NCBI GenBank assembly: GCA_043819555.1
Contig: JBDREQ010000073.1
Location: 64,001-128,000, forward strand
Direction: 5' to 3'
Origin: Candidatus Zixiibacteriota bacterium
GTDB taxonomy: Bacteria > Zixibacteria > MSB-5A5 > GN15 > JAAZOE01
DNA: 64,000 nucleotides
Part shown: positions 58,441-64,000 of the stretch, one piece after another
Position numbering within the stretch: position 1 is the stretch's first letter
Layout of the letters: every line of letters begins with the position of its first letter
Translations under genes and position numbers: made by a program
Notes under the pieces: model-generated
Database searches by the model: none
What the model was told of the DNA's origin: nothing
The model's input: only the letters and a program-made list of their open reading frames with translations

Positions 58441-58536
58441 ATGCCAAGCGGAAAGAAACGAAAACGCCAGAAAATTAAAACGCATAAGAGGAAAAAACGT
58501 AGAAGGCGCGACCGTCACAAAAAGAAGAAAGTCTGA
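58441..58536 (+). CDS. 31-aa basic protein, bS22/AURKAIP1-COX24-like small ribosomal protein
   Basis: RBS AGGAGG then MPSGKKRKRQKIKTHKRKKRRRRDRHKKKKV; below the ORF-track cutoff; followed by a terminator. Confidence 0.85.
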   Translation: MPSGKKRKRQKIKTHKRKKRRRRDRHKKKKV

Positions 58537-58566
58537 TACTAAGCCGCGAATTATTCTGTAAATATC

Positions 58567-58601
58567 CAGGGGGCAGAACTTATTGTTCTGTCCCTGTTTT
58601 T
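58567..58601 (+). terminator. Rho-independent terminator
   Basis: GGGGCAGAAC-TTATT-GTTCTGTCCC followed by T-run. Confidence 0.7.
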
Positions 58602-58806
58602 GTTCGATATTTTAATACCAAATGGGAATATTTTTTTAAAAATGCAAATGACATAAAATTCAAAAAACAGAAATCTTGAATTTTAAAATAATCCTCAAAT
58701 TCATCTTTGGTTTTTTTTGTCTTTTTTAACTAAAATTAGGCAACCGTTTTATGTATACATTCGTCTAATTATCAGAGAATACAATAACTTAAGAAGCGAG
58801 GTTTCT

Positions 58807-60060
58807 ATGAGAATAAGGATATTAAAGCTTTGCCTGATTTTTGTGATTGTGGTTTTTTTGACGGTGCCGACTACTGCTGAGAAGGGTCGCATCTATGGAA
58901 AAATCTATACCGATGCCGGCGATGTCCTTGAGGGGCCAATCCGCTGGGATGTAAATGAATCATCATGGGATGATATGATTGATGGCAACAAAAAGCATGA
59001 AAAAAAGAAATCCGACAGTAATCAGCGCAAAAAGTACAGGGACAGACGCTCCTCTTCGAGAGTCAAACTATTTGGTATAACAATCGGCGAAACTGACATT
59101 TTTTATTCGTCGTCCTCCCAGATGGCGTTACCTTTTGGATTTATAAAAAAACTTACTCCAATAGCCGATAATGGTGCTGAATTGATATTGCAGAATGGAG
59201 AAGAAGTTGGTATTGAGGGGAGTTCCACCGATTTGGGTACGGGAATACGGGAAATCGTAATTGAAACTTCTGATGAGGGCCTCCTTGAGCTTGATTGGTA
59301 TGATATTGATTATATTGAATTTATGGACGGTGGGGATGTGGAATCTGATTTTGGAGAAAAAATTTACGGTACCGTAACCTCCGATCGAATTGGCGAATTT
59401 ACCGGCTGGATCGTCTGGGATGTCGATGAATCTTTTACCAATGATATAATAGACGGCAGTGATCGGAGAAGAAAGCGAAAAATCAAATTCGGCCAAATCA
59501 CATCAATTGAGAAAATATCATCACAGGCTTCTGAAATAACAACCAAAGAAGGCACGGCGATGCGTCTGGATGATTCAAATGATGTTGACAGTGGTAACCG
59601 TGGAATCGCAATTGCCGATAAGAATCTTGGTCGAATCACTGTTGAATGGAATGAATTTGAAAGACTGGATATAAAAACGCCACCGGAAGACGCTTTTTCC
59701 AGTTACAGCGACTATGCCAATTATGGCCGGCTCTCCGGGACTGTTTATGATGAAGACGGCAACGAGTACTCTGGTTATATTAAGTGGGACGACGACGAAG
59801 AATACGGGTGGGAAGTCATAGATGGAAATTATCGAGATGTTGAATTTGATATTGTCATGAGAAATATCAAATCAATTGAAAAACTTTCTCGCAGCGGGAG
59901 CCGAGTCACATTGTGGGATGGCCGCAGCTTCAAATTGCGCGGATCGAACGATGTTGATGATGATAATAAGGGTATCTTCATTTATCCCAAGGATGACGAG
60001 GATGATGAAATTATTATCGAGTGGGAAGATTTTTCAAGAATTGAATTTGAGAAACAGTGA
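58807..60060 (+). CDS. Exported hypothetical protein with three internal repeats
   Basis: RBS GAGG, signal peptide; repeats (Y/S)G...G..(E/T/S)G.I.WD..E...IDG occur three times. Confidence 0.75.
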   Translation: MRIRILKLCLIFVIVVFLTVPTTAEKGRIYGKIYTDAGDVLEGPIRWDVNESSWDDMIDGNKKHEKKKSDSNQRKKYRDRRSSSRVKLFGITIGETDIFYSSSSQMALPFGFIKKLTPIADNGAELILQNGEEVGIEGSSTDLGTGIREIVIETSDEGLLELDWYDIDYIEFMDGGDVESDFGEKIYGTVTSDRIGEFTGWIVWDVDESFTNDIIDGSDRRRKRKIKFGQITSIEKISSQASEITTKEGTAMRLDDSNDVDSGNRGIAIADKNLGRITVEWNEFERLDIKTPPEDAFSSYSDYANYGRLSGTVYDEDGNEYSGYIKWDDDEEYGWEVIDGNYRDVEFDIVMRNIKSIEKLSRSGSRVTLWDGRSFKLRGSNDVDDDNKGIFIYPKDDEDDEIIIEWEDFSRIEFEKQ

Positions 60061-60077
60061 AAATTTATATATAAAAT

Positions 60078-60108
60078 AAAAAAGCCCCGATCGTTTCGGG
60101 GCTTTTTT
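60078..60108. terminator. Bidirectional terminator
   Basis: A6-GCCCCGA-TCGTT-TCGGGGC-T6 between convergent genes. Confidence 0.85.
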
Positions 60109-60128
60109 ATTTTAAGTAATTTCAACAC

Positions 60129-61052
60129 TTATTCGTTCATTTCCTTTGCTTCCCTGGCTTCTTTCAATTGCTTGATTTGCTCCTCGGCATTGGCAACTTG
60201 TTTTCTCGCCTTGGGATTTTTGAGACCAATTTTTAAAAAGCCTTCCCAGGCGGCAATTGCCGCATCGAAATCTTCGGGATCATTCCCCCGAACCGCTACT
60301 GCCAGGTTATAAGCGGTTTTATAATCTTTAGGTTTAAGTTTCATGGCTCGGTTATAATAAGTTATTGCTTCGGAATAGCGTTCTCTCTCACGGTAGAGAT
60401 TTGCCAGATTTCTTATAGACTCAAAATGTTTAGAATTCAACTCTATTGCGATTTTGTAATTTTCGATAGATTTATTGATATTATTTGTCTTTTTATAGGC
60501 CGCCGCCAGCAGATAAAAAGCATAGTAGTCTTTTGCGTCAAGTTTTATAAATTTCTCCAGGGATGTAATGGCCTTATCGAATTCATTATCCGAATAATAT
60601 AGTTTACCCAGTTCCTTATTTGCTTCGGCATAGGAACCATCGGCCGCCAAAGCGCCCTCAAAGGCGGCAATAGCGTCGGTATTCTTCTTTTGAGCTACCA
60701 GAACTTTTCCGTAATTAGAAAATCCGACAGGATCATTAGGTGTCATTTCAGTTACTCTTTTAAAGTTCGTCGCCGCTTCACTATATTTTTTTTGAGCAAA
60801 ATAAATCGATCCAAGATTCAGGTAAGCGTTGGCAAAATTCGGATCGGCTGCAATGGCAACATCATATAATATAATTGCTTGAGCCGTATCGCCGGTTTTC
60901 ATTGATTCTATGGCCGTATTAAAACTCTCTTTGGCCTGAATTGTTTTTTCATCATCAGCTTCCTGGGCTAAAACGGCCACGGATGATATCAGGGTGATCA
61001 CCAAACCCACACATAAAGCTTTGAGTAATGGTTTTGTCGCGAAGTACTTCAT
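60129..61052 (-). CDS. Exported TPR repeat protein
   Basis: RBS AGGAG before ATG 61052; signal peptide; multiple TPRs (AYLNLG, ANKELG, AYNLA). Confidence 0.85.
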   Translation of the reverse strand: MKYFATKPLLKALCVGLVITLISSVAVLAQEADDEKTIQAKESFNTAIESMKTGDTAQAIILYDVAIAADPNFANAYLNLGSIYFAQKKYSEAATNFKRVTEMTPNDPVGFSNYGKVLVAQKKNTDAIAAFEGALAADGSYAEANKELGKLYYSDNEFDKAITSLEKFIKLDAKDYYAFYLLAAAYKKTNNINKSIENYKIAIELNSKHFESIRNLANLYRERERYSEAITYYNRAMKLKPKDYKTAYNLAVAVRGNDPEDFDAAIAAWEGFLKIGLKNPKARKQVANAEEQIKQLKEAREAKEMNE

Positions 61053-61125
61053 AATTTCTCCTAACAGTTTGTTATCGAATGCCATCTACTTATATACAAT
61101 ATTAGACGAAAATATCCCAAAAAAA

Positions 61126-61575
61126 TCAAAGAGATTGCCGGTAATCAGTATGTTTTGCGGCTATTTTTTCGTCTGAAAGTCCTAATATTCGAGCCGCCAA
61201 AACAGCGCTGTTTTTGGCTCCCGCTTTTCCAATCGCCACCGTCGCGACCGGTATTCCCGGAGGCATTTGAATCATGGACAAAGCCGAATCCATGCCTCCC
61301 AATGATGCGGCCACGGGCACTCCGATTACCGGAAGATTAGTATTGGCCGCAACAACGCCAGGCAGGTGCGCCGCCATCCCGGCCATACATATTACCACCT
61401 TAAAACCTGCGTCGGCCGCACCGCGGGCCAGTGAAATTGTTTTATCAGGATGCCGATGAGCGGAGGAAATTTCAAGCCTATAACCGATTGATAATTCCTC
61501 CAGCATACCAATGGCGGCATCGGCTATATCCCGATCCGATTTAGAACCAATTATTATTAGTACATCTTTGTTCAT
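61126..61575 (-). CDS. purE: N5-CAIR mutase
   Basis: GSKSD, SAHRHP, AGMAAHLPG, PVIGVP, QMPPGIPVATV. Confidence 0.96.
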   Translation of the reverse strand: MNKDVLIIIGSKSDRDIADAAIGMLEELSIGYRLEISSAHRHPDKTISLARGAADAGFKVVICMAGMAAHLPGVVAANTNLPVIGVPVAASLGGMDSALSMIQMPPGIPVATVAIGKAGAKNSAVLAARILGLSDEKIAAKHTDYRQSL

Positions 61576-61581
61576 CTTCGT

Positions 61582-62847
61582 TTATTTCCTTGCCTGATAG
61601 GCTATATCGCGGCGAAAATGCATGCCTTCAAATTGAATATTATCGACAGTGTCGTAAGCGGCCTTGGCGGCCGAATCTATTGTCTTGTTTACGGCGGTTA
61701 CGCCCAAAACCCGTCCCCCGGCGGTAAGCCAGTTTTTGCCTTCCTTTTTGGTTGCAGCATGAAAAAGATAAGCATGGTTTTCGCGATAGGTTCTGATGCC
61801 TTCAATTTTACGATTTATTTCGGTTTTTCCGGGGTAGCCTTCTGACGCCAGAACAACACATACTGCAGCTTCCTCTTTCCAAACCGGTTCGATAATGCTC
61901 AGGTTTTCATCTACAATAGCAATGAATATGTCGGCCAGATCTGAAAGGAGGAGTGGCAAAACAGCCTGCGTTTCAGGATCGCCAAAACGGCAATTAAACT
62001 CAATAACTTTGGGACCATAAGATGTAATTATTAAACCGGCGTATAAAATACCTTTATATCGACGGCCTTCTTTTTCGAGGCCATAAATAACAGGTTCGAG
62101 GATCTGTTCCCGAATAGTTTTCATCATTTGGCTATCGACTATTTTCGTTGGACAATAGGCTCCCATTCCTCCCGTGTTTGGACCCTGGTCACCTTCATTA
62201 ATTTGTTTGTGATCCTGAGAAGAAAGCATGGGCAATATAGTTTTCCCGTCGGTAAAAGCCATGACGGTAACTTCGGGTCCAATGAGACAATCTTCTATAA
62301 TAACTTTAGCCCCTGCCTCGCCGAATATTTTCTGCCCCATCATTTTCTCAACGATTTCTTTGGCTTCTGAGGCGTTATTGGCCAGGATAGCTCCTTTTCC
62401 GGCGGCCAGCCCCGAAGCCTTTACATAGACTGGGTACGCGGCTGTTTGAACAAAAGTCAGCGCATCTGTCTTATCATCAAAAATCCTGTAGCTGGCCGTA
62501 GGGATATGGTATTTACGCATAAAATCCTTCGCAAACGCCTTAGATCCCTCTATCTCGGCAGCCTTTTTTGATGGGCCAAATATCCGGAGTCCCTTACTTT
62601 CAAAATCATCGACGATGCCAAGAGTAAGCGGCAACTCCGGGCCAACTACCGTCAAGTCGATTTTTTTATCCTGAGCAAATTTGGCCAATCCTGATATATC
62701 GTCAGCTTTGATTTTGACACACTCTGCCATTAGGCCAATACCGTCATTTCCCGGAGCGGCATAAATTTTACTGACCAGAGGAGAGGATTTCAATTTCCAT
62801 ATGAGCGCATGCTCGCGTCCCCCGGATCCTATGACTAAAATTCTCAT
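61582..62847 (-). CDS. purD: Phosphoribosylamine-glycine ligase
   Basis: GSGGREHA, GLAAGKG, QDHK, GPNTGGMGAY, EFNCRFGDPE, GGRVL. Confidence 0.97.
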   Translation of the reverse strand: MRILVIGSGGREHALIWKLKSSPLVSKIYAAPGNDGIGLMAECVKIKADDISGLAKFAQDKKIDLTVVGPELPLTLGIVDDFESKGLRIFGPSKKAAEIEGSKAFAKDFMRKYHIPTASYRIFDDKTDALTFVQTAAYPVYVKASGLAAGKGAILANNASEAKEIVEKMMGQKIFGEAGAKVIIEDCLIGPEVTVMAFTDGKTILPMLSSQDHKQINEGDQGPNTGGMGAYCPTKIVDSQMMKTIREQILEPVIYGLEKEGRRYKGILYAGLIITSYGPKVIEFNCRFGDPETQAVLPLLLSDLADIFIAIVDENLSIIEPVWKEEAAVCVVLASEGYPGKTEINRKIEGIRTYRENHAYLFHAATKKEGKNWLTAGGRVLGVTAVNKTIDSAAKAAYDTVDNIQFEGMHFRRDIAYQARK

Positions 62848-63088
62848 ATTTTTCCCTCACCGTAAAAGTCTATTATATACAATAATCTACGGTTAAATCA
62901 AGGCTTTTTATCTAATGAAGAATCAGTATCTCGACACCATAATTCCCAGCCTGATAGCAATGAAAAAGTGCATCAATAATAGATGACGCACAAAAAATGT
63001 GCGGGCAACGCAGATATTATTTGGAACGCATATCGACCAATTGTTTTAAGTTATTGTATTGTAAGCATATGTATTGTTTAAAAGATTG

Positions 63089-63103
63089 TGGCACGCTCTT
63101 TGC
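63089..63103 (+). promoter_or_regulatory. sigma54 (-24/-12) promoter
   Basis: TGGCACGCTCTTTGC with GG-N10-GC spacing, 36 bp upstream of the lipoprotein ATG. Confidence 0.75.
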
Positions 63104-63139
63104 GATGATATTGGTGAAAATAGAAAATTGGAGGTAGAA

Positions 63140-64000
63140 ATGAAATCACTAATGCTTATAATTCTGGCTCTTTCGGCCTTTCTCATAATTGGTTGCGATA
63201 ATGATACTGAATATATTACAGAAGTAGTTTATATCGGCGAGGAAGGCCCTCCGCCTGTGCCTCAGGGAGTTTATTCAGTAACCGGAGATGGTGAGGTTTT
63301 GCTTTACTGGCTTCCAATCGATGATGTCGCCGGTGATTTCGATGCCTATGTCATATATCGTTCGGATACTGATCCGGACACAGGGTATGTCGAAATCGGC
63401 GAAACCACAAATGAGTATTTTGTTGATGATGATGTTACCAACGGTAATACCTATTTTTATGCCGTGTCATCTGTGGATGAAGATGGATACCTGTCGGATT
63501 TATCGTACGAGTATGTCTTTGATACGCCCCGGCCTGAAGGGATCAACCGGACAGTTTTTGATTTTAATACCATGCCTTTATATTCCGGATGGGATTTCTC
63601 AGCTGTGGTAAGTGTGCCGTATACGAGCCCCAATGCGGATATCTATCTTGAATTCTATGCCGATCATGGAGTCTTTTATATAAATGTCGCGGATGAGAAC
63701 ACTGATATTCAGGATATGGGTTATACGGGAGATTTGGATGAAATTGGTTATGCCCCTGATGATGGCTGGTCGTATTTGGGCTGGTCTGAGGTTATCCTGG
63801 GTCACACGTATATAATTTGGACAAGCGATAACCATTTCGCGAAATTGCGGGTCACAGCCATTAATAATGACAATGTATTATTTGATTGGGCGTATCAGGT
63901 TGATACCGGCAATCCGGAACTGAAACCATTGATAACCAAACCCGAAAGACCCCGGCCGGATAATTATTTACGAACGCCTGAGAGAAATAATAAATTTAGG
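63140..64000 (+). CDS. Lipoprotein with fibronectin type III-like domain, 3'-truncated by the window edge
   Basis: RBS GGAGG; MKSLMLIILALSAFLIIG-C lipobox; PPVPQGV..V.L.W..YVIYRS..TYFYAVSSVD; frame appears open to the window end so it is absent from the ORF track. Confidence 0.75.
   Translation, partial: MKSLMLIILALSAFLIIGCDNDTEYITEVVYIGEEGPPPVPQGVYSVTGDGEVLLYWLPIDDVAGDFDAYVIYRSDTDPDTGYVEIGETTNEYFVDDDVTNGNTYFYAVSSVDEDGYLSDLSYEYVFDTPRPEGINRTVFDFNTMPLYSGWDFSAVVSVPYTSPNADIYLEFYADHGVFYINVADENTDIQDMGYTGDLDEIGYAPDDGWSYLGWSEVILGHTYIIWTSDNHFAKLRVTAINNDNVLFDWAYQVDTGNPELKPLITKPERPRPDNYLRTPERNNKFR

Noticed and set aside
63288..63611. Met-rich 107-aa ORF
   Set aside because: Out-of-frame overlap with the lipoprotein starting at 63140; the Met richness comes from its GAT codons

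Overview
Bacterial chromosomal segment, mostly + strand, about 50 genes. The Gram-negative envelope genes (lapA/lapB), YPNPFNP-type C-terminal sorting domains, DUF1573 and a bS22-like sORF suggest the FCB group, perhaps a Zixibacteria-like lineage (inference only). In order: 5'-truncated dnaK, a short J-protein and dnaJ; an AT-rich frameshifted TM+Nudix-like gene; an ECF sigma/anti-sigma pair; threonine catabolism (SDR-type tdh, kbl) converging on a homoserine dehydrogenase-ALDH operon; an archaeal-type HMG-CoA synthase/thiolase/DUF35 triad followed by methylcrotonyl-CoA carboxylase subunits and a hydratase, with no HMG-CoA lyase in the window; an accessory patch with a REP-associated tyrosine transposase (RAYT), orphan genes and two Cys-rich ORFs; atoB-hbd-2xACAD-bioY; a ROK kinase, tRNA-Phe and tRNA-Thr, and an EF-G paralog; a sigma54 response regulator, a STAS protein, a secreted S8 protease and an LVIVD protein; lapA-lapB-SPOR-mutS-mutL-miaA-mltD-sppA-HU-bS22; purE/purD; and a 3'-truncated lipoprotein with a sigma54 promoter. 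Intergenic spaces in the first 24 kb hold several families of palindromic repeats. The best candidates for something new are the HMG-CoA-centred acyl-CoA cluster, the RAYT/REP-flanked orphan genes and the Cys-rich ORF pair. All product calls come from reading motifs by eye; no searches were run.
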